A stretch of 64,000 nt of DNA from Bacillota bacterium (GTDB lineage: Bacteria > Bacillota > Clostridia > Tissierellales > Peptoniphilaceae): positions 12,208 to 76,207 of the forward strand of contig JAEXBN010000043.1 of NCBI GenBank assembly GCA_023394045.1, written 5' to 3'. The stretch's first letter is position 1. Each line of letters starts with the position of its first letter. Below are positions 38,531 to 49,307 of the stretch, in pieces. The translations under genes were made by a program, and so were the position numbers. The notes under the pieces are model-generated. The model was not told the origin of the DNA. It ran no database searches and saw only the letters and a program-made list of their open reading frames with translations.

Positions 38531-39356
38531 ATGTCCCTCCTCTGCGCGCATCGTTTGCGCGACCGGTCTCCATCTCTGCGTATTCTTCGGAATGATTTCC
38601 CTGATGTGCCATGCGCTGATTCAGAAGAGCAACCGCTTGCTCCGGATGCCCGACCGAAATCGAAATCATGTGATTTTCGCCCTTCTGACGAATCTCAAGA
38701 ACTTCCCGACGCGATAACTCCAAAAGCAAAAGAAACGTCGTGATCAGATTTCCCTTGGCATGATCCGTATCAAACAAATCAGCAAAGGTGAAATAGGTTC
38801 CTTGTTCCAAACGGGATCGGATGCGTTTGGCAACCACATCGTCGGGATAAGGATCCATCGCCATGATTGAGTCCACGTGAAAAGTGAGATGATGCGACCT
38901 TTTTCTTTCATCCAAGCGGCGCAAGGCCTTCAGAAGATCATCAGGCTGCCCTTCAATCATGGGGAGCGGCTGGCTTCGAAACCGCTCCGGATCTTCCTGC
39001 ATCTTCACTAGACGGCGGAGCGCCTGCTCTTCGCCGGGACGAAGACGCGCAGACAATTCTTTGAATGTCCGGTAGGCAACCAGCCGACGGATGAATTCTT
39101 CACGGCTGACGGGAATCTCTTCGTCTTCATTTTGATCCTGCAGGAGCATTCTCGCCTTCATTTGAACCAAAATGGAGGCCATGCGGATGAAATCGCTAAG
39201 TTCTTCCGGAGTGAGATGCATCTGTTGCATCACATCAAGAAACTGCTCGGTGATTTGAGAAATTTCAATGGCATAGATATCCAGCTTTGATTGGTGCAGC
39301 AGCTCAAGAAGCAAGTCCATCGGACCATGAAAAGCATCCAGATCGATTTGAATCAT
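38523..39356 (-). CDS. scpA: Segregation/condensation protein A
   Basis: FHGPMDLLL, ITTFLLLLEL; precedes scpB. Confidence 0.92.
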   Translation of the reverse strand: MIQIDLDAFHGPMDLLLELLHQSKLDIYAIEISQITEQFLDVMQQMHLTPEELSDFIRMASILVQMKARMLLQDQNEDEEIPVSREEFIRRLVAYRTFKELSARLRPGEEQALRRLVKMQEDPERFRSQPLPMIEGQPDDLLKALRRLDERKRSHHLTFHVDSIMAMDPYPDDVVAKRIRSRLEQGTYFTFADLFDTDHAKGNLITTFLLLLELSRREVLEIRQKGENHMISISVGHPEQAVALLNQRMAHQGNHSEEYAEMETGRANDARRGGTCE

Positions 39357-39976
39357 CGAAAGAAGCCTCCTACAAAGGTCAGCATCCCTTCAAGAATGGC
39401 GTTGGAGATGGGCACGGAAATCCGTCCGAGGGCGCCGCTGAAAACCAAAACAGGAATCAGCCATCTGGTGATATGTTCATACCTCGATACTTGCCATTCC
39501 ACTTCTTCAGGAAGAATGCTGAACAGCACTTTGGATCCGTCCAGCGGCGGAATCGGAATCAGATTGAATACGAAGAAAAATACGCCATAAAGCATAATTT
39601 CCGTCAGAAGGGCGGCAAGAAAGGTCCATTCGATGGGAATGAGATAGAGCAGGAATGCCGCAATCAGAGCGCTGAGAAAATTTGTGGTGACCCCCGCCAG
39701 CGAGGTGGTGAGAAGCCCGAGCCGCCGATTGGTGAATCGCGAGGGATTAATGGGTACAGGTTTTGCCCAGCCAAAATGAAAGAGGAGGAGACTGATCAGC
39801 CCGATCGGGTCAATATGCGGAAGCGGATTGAAGGTCAGTCTCCCCTGCTCTTTCGCCGTTGGATCACCATTCCAGAGCGCAACAAGCCCATGCGCGACTT
39901 CATGAGTCAGAATCGTATAGAGAATGGCAATGACGGATACGATGGTCTGGAGAGGATCGGAAAGATTAAACATCAT
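39353..39976 (-). CDS. Site-2 protease family (M50) protein
   Basis: HEVAH, GWAKPVP, FNLIPIPPLDG. Confidence 0.92.
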   Translation of the reverse strand: MMFNLSDPLQTIVSVIAILYTILTHEVAHGLVALWNGDPTAKEQGRLTFNPLPHIDPIGLISLLLFHFGWAKPVPINPSRFTNRRLGLLTTSLAGVTTNFLSALIAAFLLYLIPIEWTFLAALLTEIMLYGVFFFVFNLIPIPPLDGSKVLFSILPEEVEWQVSRYEHITRWLIPVLVFSGALGRISVPISNAILEGMLTFVGGFFR

Positions 39977-40538
39977 GTTCTCCGCTCTGGTGCTTCTTGA
40001 GCTGCTGATAGGCATAGAGAATGGCGATGATGCTTTTCGCGTCGACCATTTCGAAATTCATGACCATGTTGTACAAGGATTCGATGCGGTGCTCTTCCAC
40101 ATTGAGGAATTCGGTCAAATCCAACTCTTTCGGCGATGCGACAAGGTCGCGGGCAAGAAACAGGCTCAATTTCTCATTTGTAAAACCTGGAGAGGCATAG
40201 GCATCCAGCAGATAGTCCATCTGATTGGCTCGATAGCCCACCTCTTCTTGTAATTCACGCTGCGCCGCTTCTCCCGGATTTTCTCCAGGTTCCACCAGTC
40301 CAGCGGGAATTTCCAGCAGCATTTCTTTCACGGCCGCCCGGTATTGCCGAACCATATACATGGTATGTTCGTCTTTTAGAGCGATGATCCCAACGCCACG
40401 CTGATGATCGACAATTTCGCGCTTGGCGTACATCATGTTCGGAAGCTCTACGGTTTCCACGCGCAGATGCACAATGCGTCCATCATAAATTTCTTCCGAT
40501 TTAATCGTACGCTCTGGGGCCGCTTGTTTGTCTGTCAT
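39966..40538 (-). CDS. NUDIX hydrolase (ADP-ribose pyrophosphatase-like)
   Basis: VRQYR, EIPAGLVEPGE...AAQRELQEEVG, SPGF. Confidence 0.92.
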   Translation of the reverse strand: MTDKQAAPERTIKSEEIYDGRIVHLRVETVELPNMMYAKREIVDHQRGVGIIALKDEHTMYMVRQYRAAVKEMLLEIPAGLVEPGENPGEAAQRELQEEVGYRANQMDYLLDAYASPGFTNEKLSLFLARDLVASPKELDLTEFLNVEEHRIESLYNMVMNFEMVDAKSIIAILYAYQQLKKHQSGEHDV

Positions 40539-42241
40539 AAAGCATCCTCTCTGTTTCGACGTGTTGCTTTCGCCTGGTCAATCATTTCAACCGCGCTCTT
40601 TCGGGTCAGATCGGTAATGGTTACCCCTCCGATTAGGCGCGCCTGCTCATTCACCCGGCCTTCCTGATCCAGAATTTCCATTCGGGAATACGTTCGTCCA
40701 TTCGGAGACTCTTTCCAGATCCGAAAATGAACATCCGCCATCGCTGCAATTTGAGGAAGATGGGTGATGACCAGCACCTGATGGTGAGCGGTCAATCTCT
40801 GAAGCTTTTCTGCGACAATCTGAGCAGTTCGACCGCTGATACCGGTATCAATTTCATCAAAAACCAGCGTGGGCATCCCTGTGATTTCTGAAGCAATCAT
40901 CTTTAAGGCCAACATGAAACGGGACATCTCTCCACCGCTCGCCACTTCGGAAAGAGGGCGCATCGGCTCCCCCGGATTGGTCGAGATATAAAAGTCGATC
41001 CGATCATACCCTTCTGAGGTCACAACATCCAGCTTTTCAAATGGAATGGCGAAGGACATCTGACGGATCGCCATCTGCATCATTTCATCGCGGACACGAG
41101 CTTCCAAACGCTTTGCCGCATCTACGCGCAAACCGTGAAGATGATCGGCCGTGATTCGAATCTCGTTCCCCCTTTTTTTCAACTCTTCATCAATGGCCTG
41201 GCGACGCTCTTCCAGATGTTCCAATGTTTCTAGACGGGCTTTGATCTCCTCAAGGAAGGCAAGGATTTGATCTTTATTATGTCCATATTTTCGTTTCAAA
41301 GTCTGAAGCCCTTGAAATACCTGGTCAATTTCGTGAATGCGCTCCGGATTGATATCGATGCGATCCCGGTATCGTCTGAGCTGGGTGCGCAGCGTATCCA
41401 GCTCGGCATCAATCTGCCAGATGAGATCGACCATTGGCCGAACATCCCGATCTTTTTGTGCAAACGCCTCAAAAGACTGCGCAATTTGCTGCACGCCGCT
41501 TCGAAGAGATGGATCATCGCCATCAATGGAGGCTAAAAGCTGATTGCTCATCTGAAGACGTTCTGTCGCAGAATTGAGCGCTTTATATTCTGCAACCAAG
41601 GCATCTTCATCCATCCATTCCAGCCCGGCTTCTTCAATTTCTTTTTTCTGGTAATGGAGCAAATCGAGTTCACGCTGCGCTTCTTCTTCTGAGAGGGAAA
41701 GAGAGCGCCGCTCTTCCAGCCACTTTTTTCGCTGTTTCAAAAGCGCGCTGAGCCGCTTCCGATCTTCCATGGCTTCATCGCCAATGAACGCATCCAGAAG
41801 AGGAAGATACGTTTTGGGATTGCGAAGAAGGCTTTGAGCATTTTGGGCATGAATGTCCAGCAACGGCTCCATGATGGAACGAAGCGTCTGCAGAGTCACA
41901 CTGACGTCATTGATGCGCTGCTTCGATCCATGGCTGGTCAAGGTTCGGCGAATGAGGAGCGTGTCCTCTTCCATGGGAATATCCAGATCCTGGCATTGCT
42001 GTTTCAGATCCTGGTAGGAGAGCAGATCCGGAGAGAGCGAAAACAGCGCTTCGACGGTGCTGTCTCCCTCATCGCGGCGAACATTCTGATCCGATTTGGC
42101 TCCGCGAATAAAATCCAGTGCACTGACGAAGACGCTTTTTCCTGAACCCGTTTCTCCGGTAATAACGGATTCGCCGGAAGAAAATTGCACTTGGACATCC
42201 TCAATCAGTGCAAAATGATGAATCCGTAATTCTCTTAGCAT
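40535..42241 (-). CDS. recN: DNA repair protein RecN
   Basis: TGETGSGKS, ASGGEMSR, FDEIDTGISG, THLPQ. Confidence 0.96.
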   Translation of the reverse strand: MLRELRIHHFALIEDVQVQFSSGESVITGETGSGKSVFVSALDFIRGAKSDQNVRRDEGDSTVEALFSLSPDLLSYQDLKQQCQDLDIPMEEDTLLIRRTLTSHGSKQRINDVSVTLQTLRSIMEPLLDIHAQNAQSLLRNPKTYLPLLDAFIGDEAMEDRKRLSALLKQRKKWLEERRSLSLSEEEAQRELDLLHYQKKEIEEAGLEWMDEDALVAEYKALNSATERLQMSNQLLASIDGDDPSLRSGVQQIAQSFEAFAQKDRDVRPMVDLIWQIDAELDTLRTQLRRYRDRIDINPERIHEIDQVFQGLQTLKRKYGHNKDQILAFLEEIKARLETLEHLEERRQAIDEELKKRGNEIRITADHLHGLRVDAAKRLEARVRDEMMQMAIRQMSFAIPFEKLDVVTSEGYDRIDFYISTNPGEPMRPLSEVASGGEMSRFMLALKMIASEITGMPTLVFDEIDTGISGRTAQIVAEKLQRLTAHHQVLVITHLPQIAAMADVHFRIWKESPNGRTYSRMEILDQEGRVNEQARLIGGVTITDLTRKSAVEMIDQAKATRRNREDAL

Positions 42242-42693
42242 TACTGAATAAACTCCTCAATGTCTTTCACCAGCGTATCAAGCATGGCAATATCCGTCGG
42301 TGCGATGAACAGAGTGTCGTATCCGGCCACGATGCCTGCAACATTGGGCAGTTTCGCATTCGTGATGGTCATGGAAACCACCGGCGCACAATAAATGACT
42401 GTTTCAATAATGACCATATTGCCATTGTGATAGACGCTGAGAATCGCTGAGCGCAAAATTTTATGAAGGCGCTCATTGAGTGAATCATGAACCGTATCCA
42501 GAACGGTATATTTGTATTCCCCCTTCAGCGTTTGCACCTTGGAGATCCGAAGCTCTTTAATATCTCGTGATATGGTGGCTTGCGTCGCATGAATCCCATG
42601 ACTTCGGAGAAGATCAGCCAGCTCTTCCTGTGTTTGTATCTCCTGCTGCTCAATCAGATCAAGGATCAATCGCTGACGATTGTATTTTTTCAT
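42241..42693 (-). CDS. argR: Arginine repressor
   Basis: TQEEL, TQATISRDIKEL, GIVAGYDT. Confidence 0.95.
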   Translation of the reverse strand: MKKYNRQRLILDLIEQQEIQTQEELADLLRSHGIHATQATISRDIKELRISKVQTLKGEYKYTVLDTVHDSLNERLHKILRSAILSVYHNGNMVIIETVIYCAPVVSMTITNAKLPNVAGIVAGYDTLFIAPTDIAMLDTLVKDIEEFIQ

Positions 42694-42697
42694 AAAG

Positions 42698-43534
42698 TTA
42701 CCTTTCGTCGAGATTCATCATGTCATCAATACGATGAACCAATAGCCCTGAGGAATCCAAATGTTGTGCATTGACCCGCGCCTCAGCGGCTTCTTGCTGA
42801 AGAATATGCTCTGCTTCAGATCCCAGCAGACGCGCATACGATGCCCGTCCTTCCTCGGAATCATGGACGAAATCCGCAAAGTCATCCAGCAGCTGAAACA
42901 TGATTCCATAATGTTGGCCATAGGCATCGGCCCATTTGATTTGGGCGGCATTCGCGCCGGAAAGAGCCGCCCCCATGACGCAGGCAGCACGAAACAATGC
43001 GGCCGTTTTGCCCATCACCATCTTCCGCGCCTCTTCAAGATCCATCGGTTCTGAACCGATATCCAACATCTGGCCGCCCACCATGCCCATGATTCCTGCG
43101 GCTTTGGAGAGGGCGCTTCCCGCCCGCATCAGGCGGAGCGCTAGGACGGCATTCCCCGAATCCGGCATGGCTTCAAACAAAATTTGAAACGCACCAGTCA
43201 GAAGAGCGTCTCCGCACAGAATGCCTTCCGCTTCGCCAAATTTTGCATGAACCGTCGGGCGGCCACGGCGAAGCACATCATTATCCATGGCTGGAAGATC
43301 GTCGTGCACCAGAGAATAGGAATGAATCATTTCAATGGCGACAGCCGCAGAGAGCAGACAGACCTTCTCTTCTTCGGTTAACTCATGATCTGCGCTGACC
43401 TCCGCACAGTCCAGAAGAAGCTGGGGTCTAAGACGCTTTCCGCCCTGCATGGCATAATGCATCGCCGCATCTGCCCCGATGTGCTGAAGGCATTGATTCA
43501 GATGCGCATCAAATTGTGCAAACAGAGATTCCAT
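42698..43534 (-). CDS. ispA: Farnesyl/geranyl diphosphate synthase
   Basis: GGKRLRP, SLVHDDLPAMD, GGQMLD, FQLLDD. Confidence 0.93.
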   Translation of the reverse strand: MESLFAQFDAHLNQCLQHIGADAAMHYAMQGGKRLRPQLLLDCAEVSADHELTEEEKVCLLSAAVAIEMIHSYSLVHDDLPAMDNDVLRRGRPTVHAKFGEAEGILCGDALLTGAFQILFEAMPDSGNAVLALRLMRAGSALSKAAGIMGMVGGQMLDIGSEPMDLEEARKMVMGKTAALFRAACVMGAALSGANAAQIKWADAYGQHYGIMFQLLDDFADFVHDSEEGRASYARLLGSEAEHILQQEAAEARVNAQHLDSSGLLVHRIDDMMNLDER

Positions 43535-43535
43535 A

Positions 43536-43757
43536 TCATTCTCCCTGATTCAATTGAACGGAAACCGGCTCTCCTTCCAGATCCCGGATCTGGAGTTCCG
43601 CTTCATCCAGCTTTTGATGAAGCGCTTCCCCTAGCTCCTGCGCTTCTTTATAGAGCGCGGTTGACTGCTCCAGCGAAATGTCATCTCGGTTCAATTCTTT
43701 TGAAAGCTCCTGCAGACGCTTCATTCCTTCTTCAAATGTTCCCTCAAACGTCATCAC
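43536..43757 (-). CDS. xseB: Exodeoxyribonuclease VII small subunit
   Basis: TFEEGMKRL...ISLEQS..LY; follows xseA. Confidence 0.9.
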   Translation of the reverse strand: MMTFEGTFEEGMKRLQELSKELNRDDISLEQSTALYKEAQELGEALHQKLDEAELQIRDLEGEPVSVQLNQGE

Positions 43758-44943
43758 GTTCCTCCTTTGCGTGAACGAGAATCTGATAACGATAGCGGCC
43801 GGACAACAGCCGATATTCCTTTCCGGGTTCCAGCGCCCCGCCGAGAAGCGGCTGATTGTTCAAATCGCTGACGGACCAAGAGGTTGCGGCAAGATTGCGA
43901 TCACGCAAACGCCCCATCGAACGAATCATTTCATCGATCCACCGTCTCCTTGTGGAAATTTGGCGAAGCTCTGCACGCAGCAACGTTTGTCCCAAGAGAT
44001 CCAGACTCCGGCGCAGCGTTGTGATACGAACGAGAGGCCGCTGAGCGGAAAGAACCCGCTCCCATTGATGCAGCCTTTGCCTCTTTTTCAGAACCGCCAA
44101 ATGAATCTGCTCCGACAATCGCTCTTCCAGCATGGTGATGTCTTGATGCAGCACATCACGATCTGGAGTGGCCAGCTCGGCGGCTTCCGTCGGCGTGGAA
44201 GCGCGCTGATCTGCCACTAAATCCGTCAACGTATAATCCACTTGATGGCCAACCGCGGAAAGAATAGGGACTGGCGAATCCGCCAGGGTGCGAACCAATT
44301 GTTCGTCGTTAAACACGCTAAGATCTTCGGATGATCCCCCGCCGCGGCAGATGACGATGCAATCCAGCGGCTCCTTCTGATGTTCCTGCAGCAAGGCAAA
44401 AAAAGCACGGATCAATTCGTCTGCGGCCGTTTTTCCCTGTACGCCGGAAGGCGAAACGAGAATCGAGACCAAGGGATAGCGGCGCGCGACACTATTGGCA
44501 AAATCGTGGAGCACAGCACCCTCTCGTGAGGTAATCAATCCAATTCGCTCGGGGAATGAAGGGAGCGCCCTTTTCCTGGATCGATCAAACAGCCCCTCTG
44601 CGGCGAGCTTCTTTTTTAGTTGTTCCAGAGCCAGAAGATCGTCTCCCCTGCCGACACGATCCGCCGCAATCGCGCGAAGCTGCAATTTTCCCTGCGGCGC
44701 ATAATAAGCCATCGTTGCCGTCAGGACAATCTGGTCGCCCTCTTTCATATCGGCGGTGATGACCTGATGGAAATCGACACAGGCAATGCGCGCCGTCGCG
44801 TCCTTCAGATCAAAATAATTCTGGTGTCTTCGGGAAAGGTTTGTGATTTCTCCTTCCACCATGACTCGGCGTGTGATCGGATCATGTCGAACGATTCGAT
44901 CCACATACATGGCGATCTCAGAGACGGAAAGAGGTTTCATCAT
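43744..44943 (-). CDS. xseA: Exodeoxyribonuclease VII large subunit
   Basis: VEGEITN, EGLFD, RGGGSSEDL, SAVGH, ASTPT. Confidence 0.95.
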   Translation of the reverse strand: MMKPLSVSEIAMYVDRIVRHDPITRRVMVEGEITNLSRRHQNYFDLKDATARIACVDFHQVITADMKEGDQIVLTATMAYYAPQGKLQLRAIAADRVGRGDDLLALEQLKKKLAAEGLFDRSRKRALPSFPERIGLITSREGAVLHDFANSVARRYPLVSILVSPSGVQGKTAADELIRAFFALLQEHQKEPLDCIVICRGGGSSEDLSVFNDEQLVRTLADSPVPILSAVGHQVDYTLTDLVADQRASTPTEAAELATPDRDVLHQDITMLEERLSEQIHLAVLKKRQRLHQWERVLSAQRPLVRITTLRRSLDLLGQTLLRAELRQISTRRRWIDEMIRSMGRLRDRNLAATSWSVSDLNNQPLLGGALEPGKEYRLLSGRYRYQILVHAKEERDDV

Positions 44944-45335
44944 CGTTCATCTGTGGCGATCGATGAGAGAATGCCGTTGATAAAGCGGAACGACGTCTCA
45001 TCAGAGTATCTTTTTGCCAGTTCAACACATTCATTGATGGTGACCGGAAGAGGCGCCAGCTTTGTGAATTGCATTTCATTGATCGCGACGCGCAGAATCG
45101 AACGGTCGATCGGGCGCAGACGCGCAGAACTCCACGTCCGCAGATAGCGCGCAATGATGGAGTCAATCTCCTCCTGATGCTCGCGCAGCGAATTGAGCGA
45201 TGTGAGTAAATAGGAATTGCCGGCAGGCAGATTATGGGCTAATAGAAGTTCCGCGGCGGAAAATGGCTCCGCCGCGTTCATTTCCTGTTCATAAGTCAGA
45301 CGCACCAGCCATTCCCGCTGTTCCTGGCGTTTCAT
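44940..45335 (-). CDS. nusB: Transcription antitermination factor NusB
   Basis: IDRSILR, INECVELAKRY, FINGIL. Confidence 0.95.
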   Translation of the reverse strand: MKRQEQREWLVRLTYEQEMNAAEPFSAAELLLAHNLPAGNSYLLTSLNSLREHQEEIDSIIARYLRTWSSARLRPIDRSILRVAINEMQFTKLAPLPVTINECVELAKRYSDETSFRFINGILSSIATDER

Positions 45336-45337
45336 CG

Positions 45338-45895
45338 TCAGACGCGAGAGAGATATTCGCCGGTGCGTGTATCAATTTTGATACGGTCACCAATGTTCAC
45401 AAAGAGCGGAACGTTAATGGTGGCACCGGTTTCGACCGTCGCCGGCTTGGTGGTATTGGATGCGGTATCGCCGCGCACTCCCGGTTCGGTCTCCGTCACT
45501 TCCAACTCAACAAAGTTCTGCGGAGAAACACTGAAAGCATTTCCATTGTAAAACTTCATGATCGCTGAATCGCTTTCGCGAATAAAGCGCATGGCGTCTG
45601 CAACGACATCATGTTCCAAAGCGATCTGCTCATAAGATTCCGGATCCATGAAATAGAAGAGAGAACCATCCGTATAAAGATACTGCATCTCCTTTGTATC
45701 AATGCGAGCCTCATCAAACTTATCATTCGGGTTGAACGTCACGTCCTTCGATCCGCCACTCATGACAGAACGAATTTTAGCACGAACAAACGCTGCTCCC
45801 TTTCCCGGTTTTACATGCTGGAAGTCAATGATTTCATAGACATCTCCATCATAAACAAATGTTGTTCCTTTGCGCAGATCATTTGCAGATAGCAT
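45338..45895 (-). CDS. efp: Elongation factor P
   Basis: [30 protein letters not shown]. Confidence 0.98.
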   Translation of the reverse strand: MLSANDLRKGTTFVYDGDVYEIIDFQHVKPGKGAAFVRAKIRSVMSGGSKDVTFNPNDKFDEARIDTKEMQYLYTDGSLFYFMDPESYEQIALEHDVVADAMRFIRESDSAIMKFYNGNAFSVSPQNFVELEVTETEPGVRGDTASNTTKPATVETGATINVPLFVNIGDRIKIDTRTGEYLSRV

Positions 45896-45930
45896 AGTTC
45901 CTCCTCAAAAAAGTAAATATTGACGCTTTA

Positions 45931-45959
45931 TTATACCAATAGCGCGATATTGATACAAT
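45931..45959 (-). promoter_or_regulatory. Sigma-A promoter of efp operon
   Basis: TTGTAT-17 bp-TATAAT with an extended TG on the minus strand; coordinates approximate. Confidence 0.7.
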
Positions 45960-46022
45960 GAAAGCTCAGTTCATATGAAAACTATTCCAAAAATCGCGTA
46001 TGAACATGCATTCCTACTCCGT

Positions 46023-47588
46023 CTACAATATCTCCTTTTGAAACCAGCGGTTGATTCCGGATTGATATTGATACGCTTCATCAATCGAATCGGAATCAAT
46101 CTGTTCGACTTCATTCAAATCCGCAATGGTTCTCGCTACGCGTAAGATGTGGCGAATCGTCCGGCGTGAAAGATGAAATTGCCGCTCCAACTGAGACAGA
46201 TGGGTCAGCGCGGCATCGGTTGGTGAGAACGTAAGATCCGGCTCTGTTTCGGGGATCCTTCCGTTAAGAATGCCGTGGGGATTGCGGAACAGTTGAATCT
46301 TTCGCGCCTGACCTACTTGTTGCTTCATGATCTGGCTTTCAGAGAGGGGCTTTTGAGTTGAGAAGCCATGGGATGAGGATGGTTTTGGCTGATGGACTGA
46401 ATCGTCTCTTCGGCTTTCCCGTCCGACTTCTAAAATGAGATCGAATCGATCCAGCAGCGGGCCGCTGATTTTTTGTCGGAATCTTCGAATCTGTGAAGGC
46501 GTACATTGACAAAGATGGTCTGGATCCCCGGCATACCCGCAGGCACAGGGGTTGGTTGCCGCAATCAGTTGAAAATCAGCAGGGGCTTCCAGCTGATAGC
46601 GCCCGCGCGCAAGCAGAATCGTCCCTGTCTCCATGGGACGACGCAATCCATTCAAACAAATCGGAGAAAACTGAGAAAGCTCATCCAGAAACAGCACCCC
46701 CAGATGAGCCAAAGAAAGTTCTCCGGGCAGCGGAGGAACACCGCCTCCAAAAAATGCCCGCGGCGTACAGGATTCATGGGGTTTTCTGAATGGAGGACGC
46801 CGTGAGATCTGGGTTGTATCGCCCACCAAAGAATGGAGGCGAGCCACAATCTCGGCTTCTTCCTCGGACAACTCCGGAAGAATTCCCGGAAATCTTTGGA
46901 GAGCCATCGATTTGCCTGCACCTGGAGGTCCAATCAGCAAAACAGAATGTTTTCCCGCTGCGGCAATGGTCATGACGCGTTTCAGTGTTGCATGGCCTAT
47001 AAGATCCGAATAATCTTCCGCTTGATTCCAAACATGGGATTCGATCGGTGCTCGTCCCTCAATGGGTTGAATGGGAAGAGAACCATCTAAGTCATGGAGC
47101 ACTTCAGCCAACGAATGGCAAGGATGCAGCCGGAGCCCGGAAATATTCCGACAGACGGACAGCGCTTCGGCAGGAATATAAATATCACGAATTCCCTTTG
47201 CTTTCAAAGCCATCAGCATGGAAAACAAGCCGGGAACGGAACGGCAAACCCCTTCCAGGGACAGTTCTCCCAAAAAAGCAAGATGCTCCAATCCTGAAGC
47301 CGGGATGCGTTTCATGGCGGCGCATAGCGTGACGGCAATCGGAAGATCCCATTGCGTTCCTCCTTTTTGAAGATCTCCGGGATACAGATTGATCAAAATA
47401 CGGCCAGGAGGAAGGCGAATGCCACAGGCTTCCAATGATGCGCGAACGCGTTCACGCGACTCTTTGACTGATGTTCCGGCGTAGCCGACAATCGTAAAAT
47501 GGGAAAATCCATTCATCAATTTCGCTTCTACAATGACCGGATCGGTCGCGAGGCCATCAAAACGGCATGAATGTGTACGGATACTCAT
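46023..47588 (-). CDS. comM: YifB/ComM family Mg-chelatase-like AAA ATPase
   Basis: VKESRERV, GELSLEG, GPPGAGKS, PGELSLAHLGVLFLDE, NPCACG, SGPLLDRFD. Confidence 0.88.
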   Translation of the reverse strand: MSIRTHSCRFDGLATDPVIVEAKLMNGFSHFTIVGYAGTSVKESRERVRASLEACGIRLPPGRILINLYPGDLQKGGTQWDLPIAVTLCAAMKRIPASGLEHLAFLGELSLEGVCRSVPGLFSMLMALKAKGIRDIYIPAEALSVCRNISGLRLHPCHSLAEVLHDLDGSLPIQPIEGRAPIESHVWNQAEDYSDLIGHATLKRVMTIAAAGKHSVLLIGPPGAGKSMALQRFPGILPELSEEEAEIVARLHSLVGDTTQISRRPPFRKPHESCTPRAFFGGGVPPLPGELSLAHLGVLFLDELSQFSPICLNGLRRPMETGTILLARGRYQLEAPADFQLIAATNPCACGYAGDPDHLCQCTPSQIRRFRQKISGPLLDRFDLILEVGRESRRDDSVHQPKPSSSHGFSTQKPLSESQIMKQQVGQARKIQLFRNPHGILNGRIPETEPDLTFSPTDAALTHLSQLERQFHLSRRTIRHILRVARTIADLNEVEQIDSDSIDEAYQYQSGINRWFQKEIL

Positions 47589-47677
47589 GAGCGCACCTCC
47601 TTCTATTCTGATTGTAACGGAGGGCATGTTTCAGAGTGTTCCAACTTTTACGGCATACGAGTCTTAAAGAAGGCAAA

Positions 47678-48625
47678 TCAAAGGTGATTCAGATCAAAAG
47701 AGATGCCTTGAAGATCCAGCGCTTTTTGAAATTCGGCATCCCAAGGAGCGCGAATGAGAAGAGGCGCGCCGGTCACCGGATGCAAGAATTCCAGTTCAAC
47801 CGCATGAAGTAGATGATGCGCAGGGTGATAGCGCTGCTTTTTCGGACCATAAATCAGATCGCCTAGAACAGGATGATGAAAAGCGGAGGCATGGACGCGA
47901 ATCTGGTGCGTTCTTCCCGTGAAAATTCGAACTTCCATCAACGTCGTGTCTTTTCCAATCGCCCTGGTCAGAAACAGGCTGTGTGCTTCCCTTCCGCCCG
48001 GCAGCACACTTTGCCGCTCTGGATGATGAGGATCTCGTCCTAAGGGCAAATCGATCGGAAAACCTTCCGGTCTCGTTTCCCATTGCCCGTCGACGATCGC
48101 CAGATAGCGTTTATGAATACGATGTTCTTGAAAATTCATCTGCAGTCGGGACTGAACCTCATCCGTTTTTGCAACGATGAGCGCCCCCGTCGTCTGTGCA
48201 TCCAACCGATGGACGATGCCCGGGCGCTCCGGAGCGCTTCCTGAAGACAGAGAACGCCCGGAACCAAGAAGCGCGTTGACGACCGTTCCAGTGCGCACGC
48301 CCGGCGCCGGATGCGTAATCCACCCCGCCGGCTTATTGATAATCATAAGAAAATCATCTTCAAAAAGAACCGGAAACGTAAAGGGCTCTGCCTCTAAGGG
48401 AGGAATTTCAAAAAAGCTCAGGTCAACCTCAACCACCTGAGCGCTTCGCAAAATGGATTTTCCCTGCGTGAGGCTTCCGTCGACCTGCACGGCGCCTTCT
48501 TTGATGGCACGCGAAATTTTAGAACGGGAAATCGGCGCTAACAGCTGAGCAACAGACCAGTCAAGACGTTTCCCTTCAAATTCATCACCGGGAAACACAT
48601 GATAAAGAAAATGAGGATCAGACAT
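47678..48625 (-). CDS. rluD: RluA/RluD-family pseudouridine synthase
   Basis: NKPAG, GIVHRLD, TGRTHQIRVH. Confidence 0.88.
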   Translation of the reverse strand: MSDPHFLYHVFPGDEFEGKRLDWSVAQLLAPISRSKISRAIKEGAVQVDGSLTQGKSILRSAQVVEVDLSFFEIPPLEAEPFTFPVLFEDDFLMIINKPAGWITHPAPGVRTGTVVNALLGSGRSLSSGSAPERPGIVHRLDAQTTGALIVAKTDEVQSRLQMNFQEHRIHKRYLAIVDGQWETRPEGFPIDLPLGRDPHHPERQSVLPGGREAHSLFLTRAIGKDTTLMEVRIFTGRTHQIRVHASAFHHPVLGDLIYGPKKQRYHPAHHLLHAVELEFLHPVTGAPLLIRAPWDAEFQKALDLQGISFDLNHL

Positions 48626-49307
48626 GTTCCGTCTCTTCCTCTAGCCGCCAATCGATGGGAGGCTGGTTTTGATCGGTATAAAATCGATTGATGGCAGAAA
48701 ATGGCTTGGAGCCGAAAAAACCACGATGCGCGGAGAGCGGCGAAGGATGAGGAGCCATCAACACGAGATCCGAGGGATTGAGGATCAGCGGACGCTTCGA
48801 TTGCGCAAATCGCCCCCACAAGACAAAAGCAAGCGGCTCTTCCCGTTTCCCCAGAAGCCGGACAATCTGATCGGTTAAGACGCGCCATCCGATGGCTTCA
48901 TGAGAGTTGGCTTGATGTTCCCTGACCGTCAATGTTGCATTCAAAAGAAGAACGCCATGGCGTGCCCACGCGCTCAAATCGCCATGCGATGGCGGGCGAA
49001 TGCCGATATCATCGTAGAGTTCTTGGTAAATGTTGCGGAGCGATGGCGGGATGACGACCCCCTTTTTCACCGAAAAGGCAAGTCCATTGGCCTGCCCCGC
49101 TTCGTGATAAGGATCTTGTCCGAGGATCACAACGCGGCAATTTTGATAAGAAACATATTTCAGCGCATCAAAGATATGCTCTGCTGGAGGATAGACCGTA
49201 AATTGCTGATATTCGCGAATCAAAAGGCGTCGCAGCGTCTGGTAGTACGGTTTTTTCCATTCCTCCGCCAGAAGATCGTCCCAGTCATTTCCAATTTGAA
49301 CGCTCAT
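48618..49307 (-). CDS. ung: Uracil-DNA glycosylase (family 1)
   Basis: GQDPYH, PPSLRNI, LLLN, HPSPLS. Confidence 0.97.
   Translation of the reverse strand: MSVQIGNDWDDLLAEEWKKPYYQTLRRLLIREYQQFTVYPPAEHIFDALKYVSYQNCRVVILGQDPYHEAGQANGLAFSVKKGVVIPPSLRNIYQELYDDIGIRPPSHGDLSAWARHGVLLLNATLTVREHQANSHEAIGWRVLTDQIVRLLGKREEPLAFVLWGRFAQSKRPLILNPSDLVLMAPHPSPLSAHRGFFGSKPFSAINRFYTDQNQPPIDWRLEEETEHV

Noticed and set aside
46002..46013. GAAC-ATGC-ATTC upstream of the efp...recN operon as an SOS box
   Set aside because: One core mismatch and located well upstream of the -35 element; likely chance.
47610..47645. GGAAC...CGTTA upstream of comM as an ECF/alternative sigma promoter
   Set aside because: The spacing is longer than typical and there is no second instance to support it.
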